Of a stretch of 30,007 nt of DNA, positions 17,365 through 26,299 are shown piece by piece; position 1 is the first letter of the stretch; each line of letters opens with the position of its first letter. The notes beneath the pieces are model-generated. The model was not told the DNA's origin. It made no database searches and worked only from the letters and a program-made list of their open reading frames with translations. The translations under genes were made by a program, and so were the position numbers. Source of the DNA: Patescibacteria group bacterium (GTDB taxonomy: Bacteria > Patescibacteriota > Gracilibacteria > UBA1369 > PNNO01); NCBI GenBank assembly GCA_018821175.1, contig JAHJMX010000089.1, forward strand, positions 1-30,007, in the 5' to 3' direction.

Positions 17365-19044
17365 ATGGAATTTCTTTTATCTTTACTAGTTTTTATCGTT
17401 ATTTTTTCTGCGATTATTTTGATACATGAATTTGGTCATTTTTATGTTGCTAGAAAAGTTGGTATTAAGGTAGAAGAATTTGGGATTGGATTACCACCAC
17501 GTGCATGGGGGAAAAAAATTAGAGGAGTTTTATATTCGATTAATTGGATACCATTTGGTGGATTTGTCAGGATGTATGGTGAAGATTCTGTGAATCCGAA
17601 AATCCTTCAGAGTAAAGATAGTTTTGCATCAAAAAGTGTTTGGAAAAGAATGATGGTTGTCACAGCGGGAGTTTTTATGAATTTCCTTCTGGCATTTGTA
17701 CTTCTTACAATTGGATTTTCGGTTGGGATTGAGCCATTGATTATGAATTCGCAAGATTTCACTCAAGCTGTTGATGATAATGTTGTTACAATCGAGCATG
17801 GGATTTTTGTTTCAATTGTGGAGGAGGATGGTGTTGCTTATGCTGCTGGTTTACGAGTTGGAGACAAAATAATTTCAATAAACAATAAAGATTTAAATTT
17901 TGGGCAGCTTGCACTTTTGAATATAGCTGCTGATGAGCCAATTGTTTTGAATGTTTTGAATGAGAGTGGTTTCCATGATGTTTCGTGGCAGGTTACCTCG
18001 GATGATTTTGATTATGGAGCAGAGTTTTATAGTGCAACGTATTTGCCACGGATTACGCTTAAGGATTTAGATATTTCACATAGTTTATATATAGATGGAT
18101 TTAGAGAAGGGGACATTATTACAAAGGTTAATGGACATGAAGTTTATGAAATAAGTGGGCTTTTGCGCATATTAAATAATAGGAATAATGCTGATGAAGC
18201 GGCGAAATATGAAGTTGTTCGTAACAATGAAGTTGTTGAGCTTAGTTCGACGTTTGTACTTACTGATATTACTTTGAATGAAAATGATGATTTTTTATGT
18301 GATATTTGTCTTGAGCGAGCCATTATAACAGGTGTTAATCCAGGTTCTCCGGCTAATGAGGCTGGGCTTGAAGCTGGAGATATTATTTTGGAAGTTACAA
18401 ATCAAGAACTTGAGGATCCTTCACAATTGGCTTTGATTACGGCAGAAAATATTGGGAATGAGATTGTGTATGAAATCGATAGAAATGGGCAATTAATAAA
18501 TTTAAATATTACGCCAGGGGAGGATGGAATGATTGGGATTTTATTTGCATCGACAGTTATGTATGAGGGGCAAGGAGTTACAATGTATGATTTGAATTAT
18601 TTGACTTCGGTTAAAGAGATTAAAAATGTTAGTTATCCGGTGCATATTGCAGCAAAACAATCTCTATTTGAAATGAAAAGACTTGCAGTTTTGACGGTCG
18701 AGATGTTTGGGAATCTCGTTAAGTCTGTAACAAGCAAACTTGTTGTGCCAGAAGGGGTTGCTGGCCCTGTTGGAATTTTTCAAATCACTCAGCAAGTATT
18801 TGTTGAAGATGGATTATTTGCATTATTAAGACTTGTTGCACTTTTGTCATTGAGTTTAGCTGTATTAAATATCCTTCCTTTTCCTGCTTTGGATGGTGGA
18901 AGGTTAATATTCCTAATATTTGAAGCTGTCACTCGTAAACGCGTGTCTGCAAAATGGGAATCATTGTTTCATATGATAGGGTTTCTCCTATTAATCACAT
19001 TGCTAGTTTTCATTACGTATAGCGATATTTTGGCTGCTCTTTAA
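17365..19044 (+). CDS. rseP: RIP metalloprotease RseP (M50B) with about three PDZ-like segments
   Basis: IHEFGH zinc motif, FGIG, NWIPFGGFVRM, AGVFMNF, VAGPVGI, LNILPFPALDGG; PDZ-like AAGLRVGDKIISIN, GFREGDIITKVNG, SPANEAGLEAGDIILEV. Confidence 0.93.
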   Translation: MEFLLSLLVFIVIFSAIILIHEFGHFYVARKVGIKVEEFGIGLPPRAWGKKIRGVLYSINWIPFGGFVRMYGEDSVNPKILQSKDSFASKSVWKRMMVVTAGVFMNFLLAFVLLTIGFSVGIEPLIMNSQDFTQAVDDNVVTIEHGIFVSIVEEDGVAYAAGLRVGDKIISINNKDLNFGQLALLNIAADEPIVLNVLNESGFHDVSWQVTSDDFDYGAEFYSATYLPRITLKDLDISHSLYIDGFREGDIITKVNGHEVYEISGLLRILNNRNNADEAAKYEVVRNNEVVELSSTFVLTDITLNENDDFLCDICLERAIITGVNPGSPANEAGLEAGDIILEVTNQELEDPSQLALITAENIGNEIVYEIDRNGQLINLNITPGEDGMIGILFASTVMYEGQGVTMYDLNYLTSVKEIKNVSYPVHIAAKQSLFEMKRLAVLTVEMFGNLVKSVTSKLVVPEGVAGPVGIFQITQQVFVEDGLFALLRLVALLSLSLAVLNILPFPALDGGRLIFLIFEAVTRKRVSAKWESLFHMIGFLLLITLLVFITYSDILAAL

Positions 19045-19151
19045 AATGTTTTCTATAAAAGAACTTGCCAACAAAAAAAAGATAGTTTCTAAAGTGATTG
19101 CGCTCTCTTTTTAAATATTTTATAAAATCGGGTGCTACACCATATGTGGTG

Positions 19152-19177
19152 TGTTGATAAGGCGTGATTAATCCACA
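19152..19177. promoter_or_regulatory. Two DnaA-box-like 9-mers upstream of dnaA
   Basis: TGTTGATAA (19152-19160; reverse complement TTATCAACA) and TAATCCACA (19169-19177), each one mismatch from TTATCCACA, in opposite orientation. Confidence 0.45.
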
Positions 19178-19236
19178 TTTAGGATCAAAAAAGTTGAACG
19201 ATATGAACTTGATTTTTACTTTCTGCAAGGATTAGT

Positions 19237-20709
19237 ATGTGGTCCCAATCTCGAGGGAAACCTATTTATTTGAAAGATTATATGTCCAACAAAGATCTCT
19301 GGCAGAATATTTTGAGGCGACTTAAGCCCACAATGAAATTGCCAGTGTTTAAAACTTGGTTTGCAGACACCGCTGTATTGCGGAAAGAGGAGAAGTCAAT
19401 TGTTATTGGACTTCCTACGCCGTTTGCGAAGAAATGGGTTAGTGATAGATATAGAATAAAAATATTACAAGCAGCTCAAGAAGAAGATCCGACAATTGAA
19501 ATTATTGAATATGAAGTGCATTCTGCTTTGTCAAATCCAGGTTCAACTGAGAAAGTTCATTTGGAATCTTTGCTTGATGAAGAAGATGAGAAAAAAGTAC
19601 GTAAAGTTCGGGGGAAAGAAGAACTTCATATTGGCAATGGCGTTACAAGCAAAAGGCTTGGTATTCAATATACATTGGATAATTTTGTTGTTGGAAAAGA
19701 CAATAGGTTGGCTCATGCAGCTTGTATGGCGGCAGCTAATATGCCTGGAGGGATTTACAACCCATTGTATATTTTTTCTGGAGTTGGACTTGGGAAAACA
19801 CATCTTCTTCAATCTTTGGGCAAAGAAATATTGAATAATGATCCAAGTGCACGTGTTGTTTACATGACAGCTGAGCAATTTACTAATGAGATTATTGATG
19901 CAATTGGGAAAAGACGGACCAAGGAGTTTAAAAATAAATATCGTAATGTAGATTGTTTCATTTTGGATGATATTCAATTCCTTGAAAATAAGGATATGAG
20001 CCAAATGGAATTTTTCCACACATTTAATGATTTGTATGATCAAAATAAGCAAATCGTATTAAGTAGCGATAGTCCGCCAAGGGATCTTGATGGCTTTAAA
20101 GAAAGGCTTAGAGGACGATTTGGAATGGGAACTGTTGTGGAAATTTTGCCACCTGATTATGAAACAAGATTCGCGATTTTGCGCCAACGAGCTCAAGATT
20201 TACAGATTATAATTGATCCAGCAGTACTTGAATTTATTGCATTCCATATTGAAACAAATGTACGTGATTTGATTGGAGTTTTGATGCAAACAGTTTCACA
20301 ATCTGCTTTGAATAATATGTCGCCAAATGTTGCTCTTGTTACAGAAATTCTGGAACAACAACACAAGATCCATGTTATTCATAGCGAACAATCGGCAATT
20401 GGAGGACGCTTTGAAAGCAACATAAGAACAATGCAACAAATTATCGATAGAGTTGCTCTTTATTTCAGTATTTCAAAAGATGAGTTGATTGGACCTGATC
20501 GTAAAAAGGAAATTAAGGATGCAAGACAAGTTTGTATTTATCTGATTCGTGATGAACTTTCACAATCTTATGATAAAATTGGTCAAACTTTAGGAGGGCG
20601 TAATCATACAACTGTTTTGCATGCATACAACGTTATCAAAACAAGGCTTAAAACTGATTTCAGGCTAATGCGCGACATCAATGCTCTCAAGAAAGAAATG
20701 GGTCTTTAG
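19237..20709 (+). CDS. dnaA: Chromosomal replication initiator DnaA
   Basis: YTLDNFVVG, YNPLYIFSGVGLGKTHLL (Walker A), LDDIQF (Walker B), EFFHTFN, domain IV ARQVCIYL...GGRNHTTVLHA. ATG 19282 (MSNKDLW) is a plausible alternative start. Confidence 0.98.
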   Translation: MWSQSRGKPIYLKDYMSNKDLWQNILRRLKPTMKLPVFKTWFADTAVLRKEEKSIVIGLPTPFAKKWVSDRYRIKILQAAQEEDPTIEIIEYEVHSALSNPGSTEKVHLESLLDEEDEKKVRKVRGKEELHIGNGVTSKRLGIQYTLDNFVVGKDNRLAHAACMAAANMPGGIYNPLYIFSGVGLGKTHLLQSLGKEILNNDPSARVVYMTAEQFTNEIIDAIGKRRTKEFKNKYRNVDCFILDDIQFLENKDMSQMEFFHTFNDLYDQNKQIVLSSDSPPRDLDGFKERLRGRFGMGTVVEILPPDYETRFAILRQRAQDLQIIIDPAVLEFIAFHIETNVRDLIGVLMQTVSQSALNNMSPNVALVTEILEQQHKIHVIHSEQSAIGGRFESNIRTMQQIIDRVALYFSISKDELIGPDRKKEIKDARQVCIYLIRDELSQSYDKIGQTLGGRNHTTVLHAYNVIKTRLKTDFRLMRDINALKKEMGL

Positions 20710-20829
20710 ATTGCGCAAATTTTGTGATCAAAATAACGAGAAACAACTTTACTTTTGTCGTCCTGGTTCATATACTACGTGTGTTCTAAGATTTAAGGAC
20801 ATTCTCTTTTTGTTATTAAAATAAAACAT

Positions 20830-22515
20830 ATGCCTCGAATACCAAGAAAAAGACCTATCGATTATATTCTTCCATTTTTGATCATGATTTGTACCGGAGT
20901 AATTGTTGTACTTGGATATCAACTTTATTCGAGCCTTCAAGGCCCTGAAGAAAAAGAAGATATTTATATGTATTTAGCTAATGGTAGTGCAAAAATTTTA
21001 CCTTGGGGATCAGGTGAATGGGAAAGGGCTTATTCTGGGACTAGATTGTTTCAAGGAGATTCAATTAAAACTCCACAAGGGGGGCGAATTGTTGTTGAAC
21101 TTTTTGAAGATCATTATATAAGAATGGATGAAAGAACTGAGCTTAGTATTAGTGAGATTAAGGCGAGTGGCGATGGATATGAAGTTGAGATTAATCTTCA
21201 AGATGGGAAAATTTGGATAAATAGTGATGAAACTTCAGACTCTCCAGTTAGGTTTAATGTGAGAACAAAGCATACTTCGATTCAAACAGTTGCTACAGTT
21301 TATGAAGTTGAGCAAAATATTGATAGCGAAGTGATTCGTGTTATGGAAGGAGAAGTTTTGGCAGATATTTTTGTTGATGAAGGGGAGGATCAAAGAAAAG
21401 TTGAGAGTATTTCAATTGGAGTTGGGCAAGAATCTGTTATCACTGATCAAGATTTACAAGATTATGCTGACATGAAGAACCCTTCTGTGATTAATGCTAT
21501 TGCTGATGAGTTTAAGGAAAGTTTCTTTTATAAATGGAATTATGCTGAGGATAAATTGCCTACAGATTATAGTTTGAAAGGTGGCGGAGATTTCAATGAG
21601 GCTTTGATTGAAGGAGGGGCGACTGAAGATCCAGAGCAAGTTGTTACAGAAGAGGCAGGGGAAAGCGATTTGCCTTGTCCAATCATTACAACACCATCTA
21701 CGAATGTATTTACAACCCCAGAATCTTCACTCACTTTACGTGGGACAACTTCTGAAATGACAAAGCAAATGATGGTTGATGTAACAAGTGGAAGTAATAC
21801 ACAGACTTATGAACTTAATTTGTATGTTACCGGAGGTTCTCAATGGAGTTTTGCGATTTCTGCAGCTGGTGGGAATATGAAAGCTGGAACAAATATATAT
21901 AAATTTTATGCAATTGATGAGAATGATTTAAAGAGTGCGACTGCAACTGTAACTGTTGTTTATGAAAGCGATGGAAGTGTTGTGCTTGATGAAGATGCGG
22001 TGGATCCTGAAGAGGAAGTGATAGATGAGGAGACTGAAGAAGTAGGAGACTTGGGAGACTTTGTAGCTCCTAAAGTTTTGACTTACAATGGGGGAGAATC
22101 AAATGAGTTTGATGTTGATGGCGTGAGTGTTTCTGGAAGCGTTGCTGGGGCTGAAAAAGTTTTGGTAAATGGTTATCAACTTACAGCTTTTAAGCCAGGG
22201 GATACTAAGTGGACTTTCTATGCAAAAGAATCACTTGGGAATTTGAGTGATGGAGAAAATACATATAATGTTGTAGCTTATGCCCCAGATGGAAGTACGA
22301 AATCTGTTGAGGCTATAATTATTTACGATCAACCTGAACCAGAGGAAGAAGAAGTTCCTGCAGAAGAGCCAGTAGCTGACGAAAGTGAGCCTGCTGTGGA
22401 CGAAACTCCTGCAGATGACACTACTGCCGCAACTGCACCTAAACCACTTTTAGACACAACTGTACCATCGACACCAGCGCCTGGAGAACCTGATGCTTCA
22501 GATCCTGCAGCGTAA
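20830..22515 (+). CDS. Membrane-anchored FecR-domain protein with Ig-like repeats and acidic Pro/Ala-rich tail
   Basis: TM near residues 12-34; LFQGDSIKTPQGGRIVVEL...IRMDERTELSI...LQDGKIWIN...VRTKHTSIQTVATVYEV (FecR-like); two Ig-like units ending GTNIYKFYAID and GENTYNVVAYA. Confidence 0.72.
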   Translation: MPRIPRKRPIDYILPFLIMICTGVIVVLGYQLYSSLQGPEEKEDIYMYLANGSAKILPWGSGEWERAYSGTRLFQGDSIKTPQGGRIVVELFEDHYIRMDERTELSISEIKASGDGYEVEINLQDGKIWINSDETSDSPVRFNVRTKHTSIQTVATVYEVEQNIDSEVIRVMEGEVLADIFVDEGEDQRKVESISIGVGQESVITDQDLQDYADMKNPSVINAIADEFKESFFYKWNYAEDKLPTDYSLKGGGDFNEALIEGGATEDPEQVVTEEAGESDLPCPIITTPSTNVFTTPESSLTLRGTTSEMTKQMMVDVTSGSNTQTYELNLYVTGGSQWSFAISAAGGNMKAGTNIYKFYAIDENDLKSATATVTVVYESDGSVVLDEDAVDPEEEVIDEETEEVGDLGDFVAPKVLTYNGGESNEFDVDGVSVSGSVAGAEKVLVNGYQLTAFKPGDTKWTFYAKESLGNLSDGENTYNVVAYAPDGSTKSVEAIIIYDQPEPEEEEVPAEEPVADESEPAVDETPADDTTAATAPKPLLDTTVPSTPAPGEPDASDPAA

Positions 22516-22534
22516 AAGATTGCTGTGTAAAAGA

Positions 22535-23545
22535 TTATAAATAAGTGGCTTTATTTTGGTTGTGTTCATCGTTATTGCGAGCATATTTTACTTCGCCAGT
22601 ATCGAGAGTTGTTAAGTAGAACCAATAGTCGCTTTCGACTGGATTTAATGTGCCTTCAATGTGTTCGATATCTGGATTTGAAATTGGGCCAGGAGGCATT
22701 CCAACAAATTTCCGTGTATTGTAAGGGGAATCTATTTCTAAATCTTGATATGTAATGTCCTTATTCTTTGTAACGTAAATAATCGTTGCATCCGCTCCAA
22801 TATGCCAACCTTCATCTAGACGTTTCCATAAAATTCCGGAAATTAATCCATAATCTTCTGGTGTTCTTACTTCCATTTGTAAAATTGAAGCCATTGTTAT
22901 GATTTCTTGTAATGTTCGATCTTGTGATTTAAATGTATCTCGAACAGTTTCAAATTTATGGTCAAAATTATCGAGCATTTTTGTTATCAAAACAGATGAA
23001 TCGAAATTTACTCCATCAACAAAATATGTGTCCGGATAAAGATATCCTTCGAGAGCGAACTCCACATCTCCGATTTCTTCGCGGTTTAAAAACCAGTAAG
23101 AATCGTAACCAGAGAAAGCTCTTGCTGCAGCCTCAAAATCACCATCAGGGGCAAGGTCCATATTTACAAGCTTATCATCTATCTGGCTTATTGTTAGGCC
23201 CTCTTGAATTGTAATTGAAACTTCCGAAGAGACTGGATTTTTAAAACCTTCGATAATTTCAGGGACATTCATTGATTTGCTAAGATTATAATTCCCAGCT
23301 TCAATATTTTTAGAAGCTCCAGTTACGCGTATATACAAATAAAAAATATCCTCATTTTTTATTAAATCATGTTTTTTTAAAGTTTTTGCAATATCTTTTG
23401 CTGTATCTCCACGATTAACGGTTGTCATTATTTGGCTAGTATCACCTGCATCAACTGCGGCCCAAATGTTATTATAAGTATAAAATAAAGCTATAATAAT
23501 CAAAACAAGTGCAGCAAAAAAGACTTTCTTCAAAAATGATTTCAT
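22535..23545 (-). CDS. mltG: Endolytic transglycosylase MltG (YceG)
   Basis: N-terminal TM, IEAGNYNL, VSITIQEG, LEGYLYPDTY, MASILQME, SPYNTRKFVGMPPGPISNP, YWFYL, HNQNK. Confidence 0.93.
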   Translation of the reverse strand: MKSFLKKVFFAALVLIIIALFYTYNNIWAAVDAGDTSQIMTTVNRGDTAKDIAKTLKKHDLIKNEDIFYLYIRVTGASKNIEAGNYNLSKSMNVPEIIEGFKNPVSSEVSITIQEGLTISQIDDKLVNMDLAPDGDFEAAARAFSGYDSYWFLNREEIGDVEFALEGYLYPDTYFVDGVNFDSSVLITKMLDNFDHKFETVRDTFKSQDRTLQEIITMASILQMEVRTPEDYGLISGILWKRLDEGWHIGADATIIYVTKNKDITYQDLEIDSPYNTRKFVGMPPGPISNPDIEHIEGTLNPVESDYWFYLTTLDTGEVKYARNNDEHNQNKATYL

Positions 23546-23569
23546 TAATAAATGAGTTAAATTTGTAAT

Positions 23570-23866
23570 TTATTGTAAACCAGGCATTTTATCAAGTCCC
23601 ATTCCTCCCATTACGTCTTTCATTTCTTCAGCGCCAATTTGTTGAGATCTTTTAATCGCTTTATTCAAAGCCTTAACAAGATTTGCTTCAGCTTTATTTT
23701 TATTCGCATATGCCTCGTCTGAAAACGTGATATTGATAACTTCCTGTTGTCCATCAATAGTTACTGTGACTCCTTCAACTTCAGCTTCTACATGTGTGTT
23801 TTGAAGTTTTTGTTTAATCTTTTTAGCTTGTTTCTGTAATTGATATAGATCTTTCATTTGATTCAT
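23570..23866 (-). CDS. ybaB: YbaB/EbfC family nucleoid-associated protein
   Basis: LQKQAKKIKQKL...VEAEVEGVTVTIDGQQEVINI...LVKALNKAIKRSQ...MGGMG, 98 aa. Confidence 0.85.
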   Translation of the reverse strand: MNQMKDLYQLQKQAKKIKQKLQNTHVEAEVEGVTVTIDGQQEVINITFSDEAYANKNKAEANLVKALNKAIKRSQQIGAEEMKDVMGGMGLDKMPGLQ

Positions 23867-24054
23867 TCCTATGATTTTTAAATAATTTATTTTGCGCTAT
23901 TGATACGCGACAAATATGATACCTGTGGGGGCAAGAATAGTAAAGTAATCTTAGGTAAAATACATGCAAATTGACTTGCGTTTTGCTCTTATTTTAGATA
24001 AACTCTTGCACGCTTGAACGAAATAAATTCAAATAAATTAAAACCTGAAAAGTT

Positions 24055-24699
24055 ATGAGTACATTAGCATTAGAGGTGCAAACAAGAACAAATGATAATT
24101 CTGGAGAAGTTAGAAGAGGAGGGCTTATCCCTGCCGCTTTTTATGGCCCAGGAAAAACGAATCAAAGTTTTGTAATGGATTATCAGACTTTTAGAAAAAC
24201 TTACGAAAAAGCTGGAGGAAATACTGTACTTGAACTTGATATTGATGGTAAATCTAAAGAATTTGTCTTGGTTCATGATGTACAATATGATCCAATTACA
24301 GATCGTTTCATTCATGTTGATTTCTTGCACATAGATATGAATAAAGAAACTAATGCAGAAGTTCCATTAGTATTCGTTGGTGAATCTAAGGCAATACGTG
24401 ATGAAGCTGGTATTCTTATGGTCAATCGTGACGTACTTGAGGTTAGATGTTTGGCTAAGAGCATTCCACATGAAATCGAAGTTGATATTTCATCTCTAGT
24501 TGATTTCAACCATTCAATTCATATTAGAGACATTAAACTTCCAGAAGGTGTTGAGGCTGTTGATGATATTGATTTAACAATCGCAACAGTATCTGCTCCT
24601 CGTGAAGAAAAAGAAGAAGCTCCTGTTGAGGCAGTTGCTGCTGAAGGGGCTGTTGTTGAAGGAGACGCTGCTAAAGCTGGGGAAGCAAAATCTGAGTAA
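24055..24699 (+). CDS. rplY: 50S ribosomal protein L25 (long Ctc-type form)
   Basis: RRGGLIPAAFYG, VHDVQYDPITDRFIHVDF, AEVPLVFVGES, IPHEIEVDISSL, IHIRDIKLPEGV, acidic Ala-rich tail. Confidence 0.95.
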   Translation: MSTLALEVQTRTNDNSGEVRRGGLIPAAFYGPGKTNQSFVMDYQTFRKTYEKAGGNTVLELDIDGKSKEFVLVHDVQYDPITDRFIHVDFLHIDMNKETNAEVPLVFVGESKAIRDEAGILMVNRDVLEVRCLAKSIPHEIEVDISSLVDFNHSIHIRDIKLPEGVEAVDDIDLTIATVSAPREEKEEAPVEAVAAEGAVVEGDAAKAGEAKSE

Positions 24700-24725
24700 T
24701 CTGGAAAATAAACTTACATATCATT

Positions 24726-25886
24726 ATGGAAAACGAAGAATTGTCTAATATTTCTCCGAATCCGGACCCTGGTAAAGATGATGAGAACCAAGGGGAGGAT
24801 TTAAGTGGGGAATTCTGGAGCAAGAATCGTATTTTGTTAGCCGTACTTGGTGTTTTATTGGTTGTTGGGATTGTATTCATTGTTTTAATTTGGATGAATG
24901 CTTTCAAGTTGCCTGAACAAAAGGCAATTCATGAGAAAATCCCTGCTCCGGATGAAGAGGTAAAAGAAGAAGAGAAAGTTCTCCATGTTTCACTTATTGA
25001 TGGAGATCAAATTGAAGTTGAAGAAGAGAGAATGATTGCAGTTATTATAGAAAATCATAGTGATTCACGGCCACAAATGGAGGGGCTTGCTGATGCTAGT
25101 TTGGTTTTTGAAACTGAAGCTGAGGGTGGGATTACAAGATTTTTAGCATTTTATCCATATCAGACTATAGAACGAGTTGGCCCTGTGCGATCAGCGCGTC
25201 CTTATTTTGTTAAGTGGGCAGAGCAGTTTGATGCTGGATTTGCGCATGCTGGTGGAAGTGATGCTGGACTTGCTGAAATTTATAACAGTGGGCAATTGCT
25301 TGATTTGGATGGGCTTGTCCTTGAAGGTGGAGATAAATATTTTGTGAGAGATTACAATTATTATGCTCCACATAATTTATTTACAAATTTGGCTGAATTG
25401 CGTGAAAGAATGGATGATTTAGGCTGGGACAAAGCGCTAAAATATCCATTTGCGACTTTTGGTGAGATGAGAGATTCAGCTTATGAAGAAGTCGTTTCGG
25501 CGAATACAATTCATATTTATTATCCGTTCCCACAATATTTTGTGAGATACGATTATGATCCATATACTGATACATACTTGAGATATCAGGCTGGGTTTGC
25601 CCATAATGATCATGGATCAGGTGAGCAAATTGCACCTTCGAATGTGATTGTTATGACTACAAATTATTATCCTATTGATGACGCTGGGCGCCTACAAATG
25701 CAAACTGAAGGGGAAGGGGATATGTATTTTTTCCGTAATGGAAAGGTTTATACTGGGACATGGCAGAAATCATCATCCCTTGGTGGTCTGAAATTCTATG
25801 ATGAAAACGATGAAGAATTTCTGTTTGAAGTTGGGAAAACATGGATTTCAGTCATTAATTATCAAGGCGGACTTCAGTGGGAGTAG
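24726..25886 (+). CDS. DUF3048 (YerB-like) membrane-anchored protein
   Basis: N-terminal TM; IAVIIENHSDSRPQMEGLADASLVFETEAEGGITRFLA, VGPVRSARPY, AHAGGS, YAPHNLF, GKTWISVI. Confidence 0.85.
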   Translation: MENEELSNISPNPDPGKDDENQGEDLSGEFWSKNRILLAVLGVLLVVGIVFIVLIWMNAFKLPEQKAIHEKIPAPDEEVKEEEKVLHVSLIDGDQIEVEEERMIAVIIENHSDSRPQMEGLADASLVFETEAEGGITRFLAFYPYQTIERVGPVRSARPYFVKWAEQFDAGFAHAGGSDAGLAEIYNSGQLLDLDGLVLEGGDKYFVRDYNYYAPHNLFTNLAELRERMDDLGWDKALKYPFATFGEMRDSAYEEVVSANTIHIYYPFPQYFVRYDYDPYTDTYLRYQAGFAHNDHGSGEQIAPSNVIVMTTNYYPIDDAGRLQMQTEGEGDMYFFRNGKVYTGTWQKSSSLGGLKFYDENDEEFLFEVGKTWISVINYQGGLQWE

Positions 25887-25903
25887 TAACTGCAATAAAC
25901 AAT

Positions 25904-25938
25904 AAAAAAATCCCCACACATTTCTTAGCGGGGATTTT
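25904..25938. terminator. Bidirectional terminator between convergent genes
   Basis: AAAATCCCC (25907-25915) and GGGGATTTT (25930-25938) inverted repeat with A/T tracts. Confidence 0.65.
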
Positions 25939-25968
25939 CTAGTTTGGTCTGTTTCCACTTTCGATCTA

Positions 25969-26253
25969 TTAATTAACTAGATCTTCTAGGAGATTTCGCA
26001 TTTCTTGAAATTTGGTTTCTTTCTCTTCTTGCTGTCTGATCATTGCTTGTCGTTCTTCATTTAATGCGAAGTTTAAATTGAGCGATATTATATCGCCAAT
26101 TTGGATCCCGTCTGGCAATTCATTTATTGGCCATTGAATAATATTCCCTTCTCCTTCGATGCCATTCTCGACTTCAAAATGCGCATATCCACCATCAATT
26201 TTCTTGAGTGTAGCGTTTAGTTTTCCTAGTTTGTTTGTGTGATTTTCGTTCAT
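25969..26253 (-). CDS. DUF3006-like small protein
   Basis: KIDGGYAHFE...IQWPINELPDGIQIGDII... followed by a C-terminal helix ending LLEDL, resembling the DUF3006 pattern from memory. Confidence 0.55.
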   Translation of the reverse strand: MNENHTNKLGKLNATLKKIDGGYAHFEVENGIEGEGNIIQWPINELPDGIQIGDIISLNLNFALNEERQAMIRQQEEKETKFQEMRNLLEDLVN

Positions 26254-26299
26254 TTCAACGGAATTTTATTCATTAATTTATAAACTTTTAGGTGCGAGC

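Noticed and set aside
20012-20020. Perfect DnaA box TTTTCCACA inside dnaA
   Set aside because: Explained by the codons of the conserved FFH motif; no independent evidence of function.
22535-23545. MltG ASILQME versus ASIIEKE as another dead enzyme
   Set aside because: The invariant catalytic Glu is, to my knowledge, the last residue of the motif and is retained; Gln at the earlier position is common.
23867-24054. Divergent ybaB/rplY gap as a structured RNA or L25 autoregulatory leader
   Set aside because: Only short weak stems; TTGACT at 23971 has no properly spaced -10.
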